Below are positions 18,200 to 30,974 of a stretch of 64,000 bases of DNA, one piece after another. The stretch covers positions 24,180,001 to 24,244,000 of the forward strand of contig OX597824.1 in assembly GCA_951406725.2 (NCBI GenBank). The letters run 5' to 3'. Below the pieces are notes generated by a model. That model had not been told where the DNA came from, searched no databases, and was given only the letters and a program-made list of their open reading frames with translations. The position numbers and the translations under genes are program-made. The stretch comes from Octopus vulgaris (Eukaryota). Position 1 is the first letter of the stretch; each line of letters begins with the position of its first letter.

Positions 18200-18545
18200 A
18201 AAATCATCACCGACTAATCGTTGAGAGGATATTTGCGTTGTCTTGGCGGATGTTTGTGCTCTCTAAGTCCTCTTGTTATTATTTGCTATCAGTCTACGTG
18301 GCTTTAATCTGACTTGATAAGCTTTCTCCATACTGGTTTGGTTTTTCGCTTAAGTTTACTCGTTATTAGGATCAATTCCTTCCCTCTTCTTATTCCTTTT
18401 TTGCAGCATCTTTGAATCCATGGCGTCTTTTATACTTATAAACTTGAAGGTAAAGGGGGTTGCCTCGTGATACATCTGTTGTCCATCCTTTGTACGTGAC
18501 CGAAGCAGACCAGCACGCCGGAGTATCGCTTCATTCATGATCTTG
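18200..18545 (-). pseudogene. Possible degenerate LINE (RTE-like) 3' fragment
   Basis: IMNEAILRRAGL resembles the RTE post-RT 'VTN.EVL.RA.L' region. Weak match. Confidence 0.3.
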
Positions 18546-18569
18546 TCAAAAAGAGTGATATTCATAATC

Positions 18570-19125
18570 TTTTCTACTCTAGGCACGAGACCCGAAATTT
18601 TGGGGGAAGGGACCAGTCGATTAGATCGACTCCAGTACGTAATTAGTACTTAATTTATCGACCACAAAAGGATGAAAGGCAAAGTTTTCGACCTCGGCGA
18701 AATACCTATTTTTTTTACTACCCACAAGGGGCTAAACACAGAGAGGACAAACAAGGACAGATAAACGGATTAAGTCGATTATATCGAGACCCCAGTGCGT
18801 AACTGGTACTTATTTAATCGACCCCGAAAGGATGAAAGGCAAAATCGACCTTGATGGAATTTGAACTCAGAACGCAAAGATAGACGAAATACCTATTTCT
18901 TTACTACCCACAAGGGGCTAAACACAGAGAGGACAAACAGGGATAGACAAACGGATTACGTCAATTACATCGACCACAGTGCGTAACTGGTATTTATTTA
19001 ATCGACCCCGAAAGGATGAAAGGCAAAGTCGACCTCGGCAGAATTTGAACTCAGAACGTAGCGGCAGACGAAATACCGTAAGGCATTTCGCCCAGCATGC
19101 TAACGTTTCTGCCAGCTCGCCGCTT
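18570..19125 (-). mobile_element. SINE family B tandem multimer (one head, three bodies)
   Basis: Units of about 185 bp restart at GTATTTCG after the tail CCTTGTGGGTAGTAAAGAAATAG. The last unit carries a different tail (CCCCCAAAATTTCGGG). Confidence 0.8.
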
Positions 19126-19704
19126 TAGAGTGATTATTCCTAATCTGTCGCAGGTGTCTCATCATATATGCATGCAGTTCGTTTACTTGAACTCGACTGA
19201 CGAGCCTAGGAAGCTTTGGCTTTCATGGAACCAAAATAATTGAGCTTATATAATAATATATGCATTGTGGCCATGTATGTTGAGTGCCTCTTTCTTTCGT
19301 TTGTCCACTTATTCTGGGATGTGTGTGTGCGTGTGTGTTTGTGTGCGTGCATGTATGTTATGTATGAATCTAGAAATAAATTGACAGAGACAGATATATA
19401 TACATACATACAAGCAAGCATAAATACATGCATACACACGAACATATACACACACACACACACAAACATATTTATACATATATCCGTGTTGTTTTGCGTG
19501 TCTACGGATAGCGGGAAAAATGCAAGATGGTCGAATATTACAGATAGAGAGTATCGTAATGGGAGATAATTAACGTTAACTTTTTTTAAAATAATTAGAG
19601 AAATAAATGAATGTTTTTGTGCATGTATATCACGTGCATATCTAGCACACGTTGCGTATAAAGGTGCACGCACACACACATATATATACATATATATATA
19701 GATA

Positions 19705-19744
<40 letters not shown>

Positions 19745-19824
19745 TACACAAATATATATACATATGTGTATATATATATATGTATATATATATGTATATA
19801 TATATACATATATATATATATATG

Positions 19825-19866
<42 letters not shown>

Positions 19867-19904
19867 CGTATATACGTATATTTGTATGTATATATATATA
19901 TATA

Positions 19905-20682
<778 letters not shown>

Positions 20683-20974
20683 AATATATAGATAATAGAA
20701 TTCTGTGCTGAATGAGTAACGATGAATAAGAAAATAATAAGGTTGTAGAGTAGAGTGGTGTGAAAAACGTGACATGGATGACGATTGTATAAGGAACATA
20801 CTGAATGGGAAACGGGATGTTTGGGGCTCTTAGACTGAATATATGCATGTATACATACATACATAGATGCATACATATATATATGTATACACACACACAC
20901 ACAAACACACATTTACACTCACACACATACATAGACATATAAGCTACATATATACATATTACACATATATTTGG

Positions 20975-21302
<328 letters not shown>

Positions 21303-21661
21303 TGCATATGCACGTACATGCATGTGTGTGTATATGTATGTGTCCATATGTGTCTGTATTCGTAATTCACAAAATTGTTTATTTTCTTTCTAAATCTGTT
21401 ACATTACTAAAAAAAGAAACATAATTGTCCCCACTGTGTGCAAATTAAACCTGCCTTTCTTTAACAATCTTGTAAAAACATGGCTGCCACCAAAATATTT
21501 TGGTAAACATGTTTACTACAATACGTTTACTATTCAGCAAAAAATAATTTAACTCGTAAACAATACGTTCTGTTGATTAAGTACAGAAGTTCCTTTATTC
21601 ATCAACACGGGATTTTTATCAATATTTGCTGTTGTTATCACACACACACACACATACACAC

Positions 21662-21733
<72 letters not shown>

Positions 21734-21793
21734 TTAATGTCGAACGATGAGATGTGCGCTCAACAACGCATTGGTAAACAGAATTTCTTTATT

Positions 21794-22055
21794 TGTGAAT
21801 TTAGGCTACCACCTGGTTTTATGTTAAGAAAAATAGAAAATTATCTTAATATCTTAAACAATTCTTGATGTCAGTCGCATGGAGGAATGGTGTTCGCCTC
21901 CATTTCGGATTAAAACGAATTCAACGAGACTTTGTGTTTTAATCCAAAATGGAAGCGATGCCATTCCGCCATGGGATCGGCTTGAAAAATTGTTAAGATA
22001 TTAAGATATTTTTCTATTTTTCTAAACATGAAACCAACGGTAGCATTAATTCACA
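21794..22055. mobile_element. Fold-back (palindromic) MITE-like element
   Basis: Imperfect inverted repeat over its whole length, e.g. AAATAGAAAATTATCTTAATATCTTAAACAATT vs AATTGTTAAGATATTAAGATATTTTTCTATTT, and CCATTTCGGATTAAAAC vs GTTTTAATCCAAAATGG. Confidence 0.65.
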
Positions 22056-22120
22056 CACACACACACACACACATACACACACACACACACACACACTAAA
22101 CATTTCGTTGATGTATATAT

Positions 22121-23332
22121 ACAGTAGTGGGTATAATATAAGGGCCAGTAAGAAACAGTATGTTGAAATAGTTATTATAGAAGATTAACAACACGTTCAA
22201 ACTAGATATTTTACACATATTTTAATATATCTAATACCTATCTTTCGTGAAAATATCAAGTGAATGGAATAAACATTTCGTATGTTATGAAGAAATAAGC
22301 GAATAATCTTCCAAACCGTAACGGCAAAAGTTAAGAGTCACTTTTGAAAAATGGAACAAGAACAAAAAGGGAACCCTTATTATTAATATGTTGTGAGTAT
22401 CCCTTTACTCTCAATCACCTCCCGACATCGGTTACCACAGGACTGAATTAATTTCTTTCAAAATGATGGAGTAATATTGTTGCATTCGTTTTTCAATAAT
22501 TCCCAGAGTTCATCTTAGTTCTTTGAATTTCTCCTTCGCACCCCATCGCCAATAATCTTCCAAATGTTTTCAATAGGGTTGAGATTGGGTCTTTGAGGTG
22601 GCCAGTCCATGAGAGCAACCTCTTCATCACTTAAAGGGGTTGATCTCATGATCAACATATTCGTGAGTGAAACGAAGGCGGGCTCTTTGATTCTTCTTGG
22701 AGATCAGAGGTTTCTTTGCTGGTGCCCGAGCAAGCAACTCAGAACCTCGTAACCTCCGAGAAACTGTTTTGCGCGATACGTTGACATCGGAAGTGGAGCT
22801 AAACTCGCGGGATATCTCAGCAGCACTCTTAAACCAATCCCTCAGTGACATTCTAACCATAATACGAACTTGTGTTGTTGAAGTTTCACGAGGTCTACCG
22901 GTTTGGGGTTTAGTATCTATCGACCCTGATGACTTAAAACGAGCTACAATTCCTTGCACAACCCTTCTAGACCTTCCTACAGTAGTTGCTATCACAGAAT
23001 TTGACTTTCCCTCTTGGTGAAGGCACACAATCTTTTGTTTTTCATCACAGGACACCGGTCGGCTCTCACAAGCCGACATGTTGACAGCTGAATATTCCAA
23101 TAATGTAAGATCATAAGAAGTAACTGCTAACCCATTAACAGTCTTCTAAACAACAAATACATCGGTTAATAGTTCATTTTTTTTTCTAAGTGACCCTTAA
23201 CTTCTGACCGCTGAAGTTTGGAGGATTATTTGTTTATTTCCCTCATAACTTATGAAATATTAATTGCATTCACTTGAAATTTTCACGAAAGATAGATATT
23301 GAATATATCTAAATATGTATAAAATATCTAGT
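22121..23332 (-). mobile_element. Tc1-like DNA transposon, internally deleted, one TIR truncated
   Basis: TA|CAGTAGTGG end at ~22121. About 140 bp of inverted repeat, 22201-22342 vs 23188-23332. Transposase N-terminus and C-terminal WPPQRPNLNPIENIW are present. Confidence 0.85.
22380..23100 (-). pseudogene. Tc1 transposase pseudogene
   Basis: ORF 22627-23100 has the paired-like HTH and GRPR...VSRKTVSRRL...KKPLIS...RLRF. It is joined directly to LMDWPPQRPNLNPIENIWK, so the DD part of the catalytic domain is deleted. Stops are present. Confidence 0.85.
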
Positions 23333-23373
23333 CAACAAAGTTTGCTTTAGAAGGGTTGAAATGTATTGAAAGA

Positions 23374-23505
23374 TACCATTAAGCTAAACTGCCCGAACGA
23401 CAAATTTGCAAATTTAGGGCATATGTATACATCTGTCGTTCGGACAGTTTAGCTAAATGGTAAAGCACTTGACGCGTAATCACGGGGATGTGAGTTCGAT
23501 TCATG
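23374..23505 (+). other. tRNA-like/SINE head fragment with an inverted duplication of its 5' end
   Basis: TAGCTAAATGGTAAAGC...GAGTTCGATTC (A/B boxes). 29-bp arms at 23374-23402 and 23434-23462 with 2 mismatches. Confidence 0.5.
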
Positions 23506-23614
23506 GCTTTTCTGTAAAACGTTTCTGTAAAACATGGATAGTTTATCCTGTTCATGCTATATTATTAGCATTATCCTGCATTTTGGAATAAAAATATTTC
23601 CTTATCTGTGTGTG

Positions 23615-23698
<84 letters not shown>

Positions 23699-23895
23699 AC
23701 AATTAAGGATAACCTCTTAATAAGGAATCTTAACAAGAAATTATCAGGTAGATAGCGTGAAAAACCTCATAAGAGAAAAATTTCGAAAATAATTCTTTCT
23801 TATTGAACATATTAATTTATATATAGAGGGCATTATTACACATAAATGCCTCACGCTAAGAGGGACATCAGTCATTTCTACCAAATATATATATT

Positions 23896-23944
<49 letters not shown>

Positions 23945-23947
<3 letters not shown>

Positions 23948-24352
23948 TTTTACTCTCTTTACTCTTTTACTTGTTTCAGTCATTTGACTGCGGCCATGCT
24001 GGAGCACCACCTTTAGTAGAGCAAATCGACCCCGTGACTTATTCTTTGTAAGCCTAGTACTTATTCAATCGGTTTCTTTTGCCGAACCGCTAAGTTACGG
24101 AGACATAAACACACCAGCATCGGTTGTCAAACGATGTTGGGGTGACAAACACAGGCACATAAACGCACACACACACATATACATACATATATACGACGGG
24201 CTTCTTTCAGTTTACGTCTACCAAATCGACTCACAAGACTTTGGTCGGCCCGAGGTTATAGTAGAAGACACTTGCCCAAGGTGTCACGCAGTGGGATTGA
24301 ACCCGGAACCATGTGGTTGATAAGCAAACTACTTACCACACACCCACTTCTG
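23945..24352 (-). mobile_element. SINE family A
   Basis: Matches family A. Confidence 0.9.
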
Positions 24353-24354
24353 CG

Positions 24355-24405
<51 letters not shown>

Positions 24406-25338
24406 AATATTTCGTTTTTGTATTTAGTTTGCAAGATTCTGGAAAAGAACTCATGTGCTGAAAAATATTTTGCTTTTTATCTCGAGAAGTTCATTATGCC
24501 AATAATAAACACAGGCACATATTCTATTTCACTTCTTTGTTTTTATTAATCAGTTTGGTTAATCATTTACCCATTGAACTAATCGATTGTTTGATGAACC
24601 ATTTGGTGAAGTAATCAATCAGCCAGATTTGTCGATTGATTAACTGGGTGGTTAATTAATCAATTATACAACTGGTTAAATGATTAAGTAACTACCGATT
24701 AAATTTTTTTTCTGCAGTTAGCACAGAGCCTAACATTTGGGATGGAGTTCGTATTTATTTTATCGACCTGGAAAGCATAAAAGGTAAAAACCGTCCCCGA
24801 CGGTATTTGAACTCAGTAGAGTCGTTCAAATAATATTTGAACGACATTTCTTCAATGTCGAAGGAAATATCAAACGTTTTCTCCAGCTCGCCGCCTTAAA
24901 ATGACTAATAAGTACAGAAGTAAAATAGAAACATTGTGTGTGTTTACTAGTGTCATAATGACCCACCCAAGATACATGACACTTAATAGCTTTGTACCAA
25001 ACACTATGAGTGATTAAAAGGACTTTTCTGAGAGCAAGTATCACAAAGTATTTCTTTTGATGCTCTACAGGTTCTACTATATCACTGAAAATAAGAAGAA
25101 TGGTTGAAACACTCTTCCTTAAAAGAGATAATAAAAATCAGTCTACTAATGTGGTTTACAGGGTCTTTAAAATTAAGGAAGAATGATTAGGTAGAGTGAT
25201 GGAGTGATGGCACCTTTGTGGGAATAAATATCACCAAGTATCTCTTCCGATGCTCTACCGGTTCCGTTAAGAGGAGCGGCTGAGGAATTTTTTGATAAAA
25301 GATATGTTCAGAGTCAGTTTATTAATATTGTTCACACT

Positions 25339-25886
<548 letters not shown>

Positions 25887-26028
25887 AATATATATCATAG
25901 GTGCAGGTATAGCTGTGTGGTAAGAAGCTTGCTTCCGGTAAAGCGTTTGTCAGTTGGATTGTTGGTTTTGTGAATAACACACGTGTTTTTTGGTTGACTT
26001 GGCGGTGCGACGTTTTCTCTTAAGCTTA

Positions 26029-27443
26029 ATGGAGGAGCGTCGTGTGATAAGTTGTGAAGGTGTGAATTATTCAGACTATGTGAACTATCCTTCTTCAGAC
26101 TTTCTGTCGTCTGAGGAAGAATTAGTAAGGTGTTTGGATATAATTGACGAAAAAATTGAGACGAAGAATTACGCAGAGGCGACGAACGAAAAAAAAACTG
26201 AAGAAGTGTGTCTGGAAGAATTGGGTAAATTCAAAGAACTGTTTAAAAGTGGGGGGACGAAGTAATGGTGTTCCTTCCCATAGAAGTTTTAAAGGAAAAA
26301 CAAGAGAGAACAATTATTTACAGGACGTACTCAGTAGCAACCAGGAGAATGGAAGTCATGTCGACGGCGCAAGTGGAAAAGACACTTAGACCAATCTGGC
26401 AAAGGATTTCCTACTTTGCCAGAGGAAAAAAGTGTGGAACAGTGGAGGTGCAGTTACAGGAGGTAGCTACCGCCAGGCTGCGCTCAGCTACACCGTTGAA
26501 AACAGATGAAGTGGTGCTTCTACCTGTATACCTTGGGAGACGTACTTCCTGGGTTAGGGTAGAGGACATACCCCCAGAAGTGGATGTAGCCTGGCTAGTA
26601 GCTGCCATACTGCTAGGCATGGAGGAGAAGATGGTTGTCCTCCAGGCCACCAGGACACCCCACAGAAAAGGACAAAGCCACGATATGGTGGTACAAGTTG
26701 TAGTGGAAGATATAGAAAATATGGTAGAGACTATCACGGACGGAGATGCAATACTGAAAATCAGAGTGGAAGGAAGGATTCCGTGGTGCTATAAATGTGA
26801 CCTGAAAGGCCATATTAGAGCGGATTGTCCTCCACCACTTGAGAAGGCTAAAGAGAGACAAGAGAGTGAGAAAGTGGCTGGTGCTCCACTATCCGTGGAG
26901 GTTGAGGAATAGGAGAGTGAAGCGGCACCACAGATAAAGACCAGTACCAGCGTCGAAGAAGAGGAGATGGACAACGAATGGGAAACAGCTGGGGAAAAGA
27001 GAAAGAGAAAAAAAGCACACGCTGTAAAGGACGACCTCCATCCCACATCCACCCAGCTACCCCAACTACTCCCTACAGACACCAGTCCTATCCATGCCCT
27101 ACCTGACATAAACAGAAGCAGAAACACACAGGAGCCCCAAATTTCCCCACCCTTGCCCTTGGAAAAATATGTTATAATATAGTGGAGAAAAGAAGTGTAT
27201 AACGAAATACACTCGTAGGACAGTGTTACAAAATTGGACGTATCTGGAGTAAAAGGGATGCCCGAGTACCTTCGTTGTGTAGTGACAGACCCAGCATACA
27301 TATCAAGATTAAAGGACTTTGAAGAAAACCACGATTATGAGTTCTGGGTCAAGAAATTGGACACCAGCTCAATGCCTAAGCAAGTAAGTGTTTATATTTT
27401 AAAGAAGCACAATGTAGATATCCATCGGAGGAATGGTAATTAG
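26029..27443 (+). pseudogene. ORF1/gag-like zinc-knuckle protein, disrupted
   Basis: ORF-track pieces 25990-26265, 26265-26912, 26967-27182 and 27234-27443 join through frameshifts and stops. Confidence 0.75.
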
Positions 27444-27481
27444 CTGTCGCTAACAATTGTTATAAACCAGTGTTTTAATAA

Positions 27482-27869
27482 TGGAAGCACTCCGTCGGTT
27501 ACGACGATGAGGGTTCCGGTTGATCCGAATCAACGGAACAGCCTGCTCGTGAAATTAACGTGTAAGTGGCTGAGCACTCCACAGACACGTGTACCCTTAA
27601 CGTAGTTCTCGGGGATATTCAGCGGGACACAGAGAGTGACAAGGCCGGCCCTTTGAAAGACAGGTACAATAGAAACAGAAAGAAAGAGTGAGAGAGAAAG
27701 TTGTGGTGAAAGAGTACAGCAGGGATCACCACCATCCCCTGCCGGAGCCTCGTGGAGCTTTAGGTGTTTTCGCTCAATAAACACTCACAACACCCGGTCT
27801 GGGAATCGAAACCGCGATCCTATGACCGCGAGTCTGCTGCCTTACCACTGGGCCATGAGGGCGGGCCGA
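27482..27869 (-). mobile_element. SINE family D (tRNA-like head TGGCCCAGTGGT..GGCAGCAGACTCGCGGTC)
   Basis: TSD CAGTGTTTTAATAA (27468-27481, 27870-27883), A and B boxes. Confidence 0.85.
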
Positions 27870-28173
27870 CAGTGTTTTAATAAATGTTGTATTAACAGGT
27901 TCAAGGAAGTCGCTCGAAGGAGGTGGCCGAACGGCTTCATTTCATCTTTCATTATATTAATTCGTTTTTTTTTTTTTTGTCCCCACCTTGTGCTATTCCG
28001 TCTATGTACGGCCTTGATGGCCAATTTCATAAAATAAAGAGGCTTACTTCTCAACCACATGGTTCTGGGTTCAATCTCACCACGTTGCGCCTTGGGCAAA
28101 TCTCCTTTACTTATAGCCTCGGGCCAATCAAAGCCTTGTCCATGAATTTTGTAGACGGAAACTAGAAGCCCGT

Positions 28174-28649
28174 CGGAGTGCTTCCATTATTAAAACACTG
28201 GTTTATAACAATTGTTAGCGACAGCTAATTACCATTCCTCCGAAGGATATCTACATTGTGCTTCTTTAAAATATAAACACTTACTTGCTTAGGCATTGAG
28301 CTGGTGTCCAATTTCTTGACCCAGAACTCATAATCGTGGTTTTCTTCAAAGTCCTTTAATCTTGATATGTATGCTGGGTCTGTCACTACACAACGAAGGT
28401 ACTCGGGCATCCCTTTTACTCCAGATACGTCCAATTTTGTAACACTGTCCTACGAGTGTATTTCGTTATACACTTCTTTTCTCCACTATATTATAACATA
28501 TTTTTCCAAGGGCAAGGGTGGGGAAATTTGGGGCTCCTGTGTGTTTCTGCTTCTGTTTATGTCAGGTAGGGCATGGATAGGACTGGTGTCTGTAGGGAGT
28601 AGTTGGGGTAGAGTGGGTGTGGGTGGGAGCTGGGTGGATGTGGGATGGA
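28174..28649 (-). repeat. Inverted duplicate of 27037-27494
   Basis: Near-identical reverse complement (same 69-aa ORF with one substitution). Has about 18 extra bp. Confidence 0.9.
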
Positions 28650-28724
28650 AGTAATTCCCGGGGGTGAAGATGCTCTATTGAAACGCCTTATTACTCTGAT
28701 ATAAGAAAGCAATTTCATTATAAC

Positions 28725-29752
28725 TGCCACAAAAGGTGTATTTTCCGCCATGAAAAAGTACAAAAAACTATCAGCTGGAGGAGGGAGAGATTGTTGGGAA
28801 GTTGGCAAGAGAGATTTTCGGAGGTCGGCGAGAAAGATTGTTGGAGGTCGGTGAGAGAGGTTGTCGGGGGTTGATGAGAGGCAAAGTCATTATTCTGCTG
28901 TCATTTACAGAAAAACTATTGTTTTACCGTAAGGAAAGCGCTGTTTAATATCTGCTGGTGTGGCCTGGAGTGTTGCTCTTACGCCCCTGCCACACCAGTT
29001 CTGGATACATTTTTCTTCCAACTCCAATAGTGCCACCTCTTCTTTTATGTTGGCGAAGGTCGCAGCCAGGAGCCACATCGGTTTGATTACCGGGTCGAAC
29101 CTGTTTATCATTATTTCCGTCGTTCTTTTGCCGAGCTATGATGGCAAAAGATCTAATCCACTCGTATGCAGGGTGGTCGCCGAGTCTATTTTGGCATCGC
29201 TCTCAGTCACAAACTGCGCCTCCACCGTTCCAAACCTTCTTCCGCCCTTAACGTACGCCAATTTATACATATTAGGCTTTAATGCCTTTTCCATTGACGC
29301 TCTCTCTATTTTGCTAGTCTTCAAAGATTGCGTCCTATAAACATTTGTTCTTCTCTTAATTCCTTCCATCACCTCCTTGGGGGGAGTTAGCCTCACGCTG
29401 TCTTCCTCCCCTTGAAGAAATGACCAGAACTTGACTGCCTCAGGCTTGATGTTGTAACATTTCATCCATCTTAGTGCCGCGGCCGCATAATCATCCGTGC
29501 TTTCTTCGGAATAACTTGCGTAGTGCGCCTCATCCTCGCTCTCCCAGAGCTCGTAAAATGTATCGTCATCCATTTTGTGTAGGACAACCTACACAAAATA
29601 TAAACGCTTCACCTCCAAACGGGGGAAAAACAGCCTGTGAAAGCTAACAATGTGTTTCGCTTGTTGGGAGTGCGTGTGCGAGCTCATACTGCCCATTTCC
29701 ACTAGTACTTCGAGACAGCACGTTATTCGTACAATGGTGCGAGGTTCTATTG
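28725..29752 (-). mobile_element. ORF1-like retroelement, copy 3 (diverged, incomplete)
   Basis: YVKGGRRFGTVEAQF...LLPS*LGKRTTEIMINRFDPVIKPMWLLAA is homologous to copies 1, 2 and 4. No knuckle or TSD seen. Confidence 0.7.
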
Positions 29753-29967
29753 AGTGTATGTATATATATATATATATATCTGTATGTATGTCTGTATGTA
29801 TGTATATATATATGTATATATACATATATATCTGTATGTATTTATATATATATATATATGTATATATATATACATATATATGTATATATATGTATATATG
29901 TATGTATATATATATGTATATAAGTATATATGTATATGTATATATATATATGTATATATGTATATAG

Positions 29968-30645
29968 CGTCGGTTACGACGATGAGGGTTCCGGTTGATC
30001 CGAATCAACGGAACAGCCTGCTCGTGAAATTAACGTGTAAGTGGCTGAGCACTCCACAGACACGTGTACCCTTAACGTAGTTCTCGGGGATATTCAGCGG
30101 GACACAGAGAGTGACAAGGCCGGCCCTTTGAAAGACAGGTACAATAGAAACAGAAAGAAAGAGTGAGAGAGAAAGTTGTGGTGAAAGAGTACAGCAGGGA
30201 TCACCACCATCCCCTGCCGGAGCCTCGTGGAGCTTTAGGTGTTTTCGCTCAATAAACACTCACAACGCCCGGTCTGGGAATCGAAACCGCGATCCTATGA
30301 CCGCGAGTCTGCTGCCTTAACCACTGGGCCATTGCGCCTCCACAGTGTTTTAATAAATGTTGTATTAACAGGTTCAAGGAAGTCGCTCGAAGGAGGTGGC
30401 CGAACGGCTTCATTTCATCTTTCATTATATTAATTCGTTTTTTTTTTTTGTCCCCACCTTGTGCTATTCCCTCTATGTACGGCCTTGATGGCCAATTTCA
30501 TAAAATAAAGAGGCTTGCTTCTCAACCACATGGTTCTGGGTTCAATCTCACCACGTTGCGCCTTGGGCAAATCTTCTCTACTTATAGCCTCGGGCCAATC
30601 AAAGCCTTGTCCATGAATTTTGTAGACGGAAACTAGAAGCCCGTC
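29968..30645 (+). repeat. Direct duplicate of 27493-28174 (SINE D, element 3' tail, SINE A remainder)
   Basis: Near-identical with a few substitutions. 30660-30733 also duplicates 28651-28724. Confidence 0.9.
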
Positions 30646-30806
30646 TACTGGTGTACCTGGTAATTCCCGGGGGTGAAGATGCTCTATTGAAACGCCTTAT
30701 TACTCTGATATAAGAAAGCAATTTCATTATAACATATATGTATATATGTATGTATATATATATGTATATATGTATATATGTATATGTATATATATATATG
30801 TATATA

Positions 30807-30876
<70 letters not shown>

Positions 30877-30895
30877 ATATATGTATATATGTATG

Positions 30896-30929
<34 letters not shown>

Positions 30930-30974
30930 ATATATGTATATATATGTAATATATGTATATATAAAATATATAAC

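Larger units (their letters stand above)
25937..28036 (+). mobile_element. ORF1-only (zinc-knuckle) non-LTR retroelement, copy 2, inserted in a SINE A head and carrying a nested SINE D
   Basis: SINE head 25900-25936 ends AAGAAGCTTGCTTCC. The SINE resumes at 28037 with AAGAGGCTTACTTC (degenerate TSD). ORF has FARGKKCGTVEVQL, PVYLGRRTSWVRVEDIPPEVDVAWL and VEGRIPWCYKCDLKGHIRADCP. No RT before the 3' tail. Confidence 0.85.

Noticed and set aside
24545-24702. Imperfect palindromic TTAATC/GATTAA-rich tract
   Set aside because: Too degenerate to define TIRs or a TSD, and single copy.
26265-26912. Host gene or LTR-retrotransposon gag
   Set aside because: No LTRs or PBS. The long TSD, A-rich tail and disrupted frame indicate a non-LTR element.
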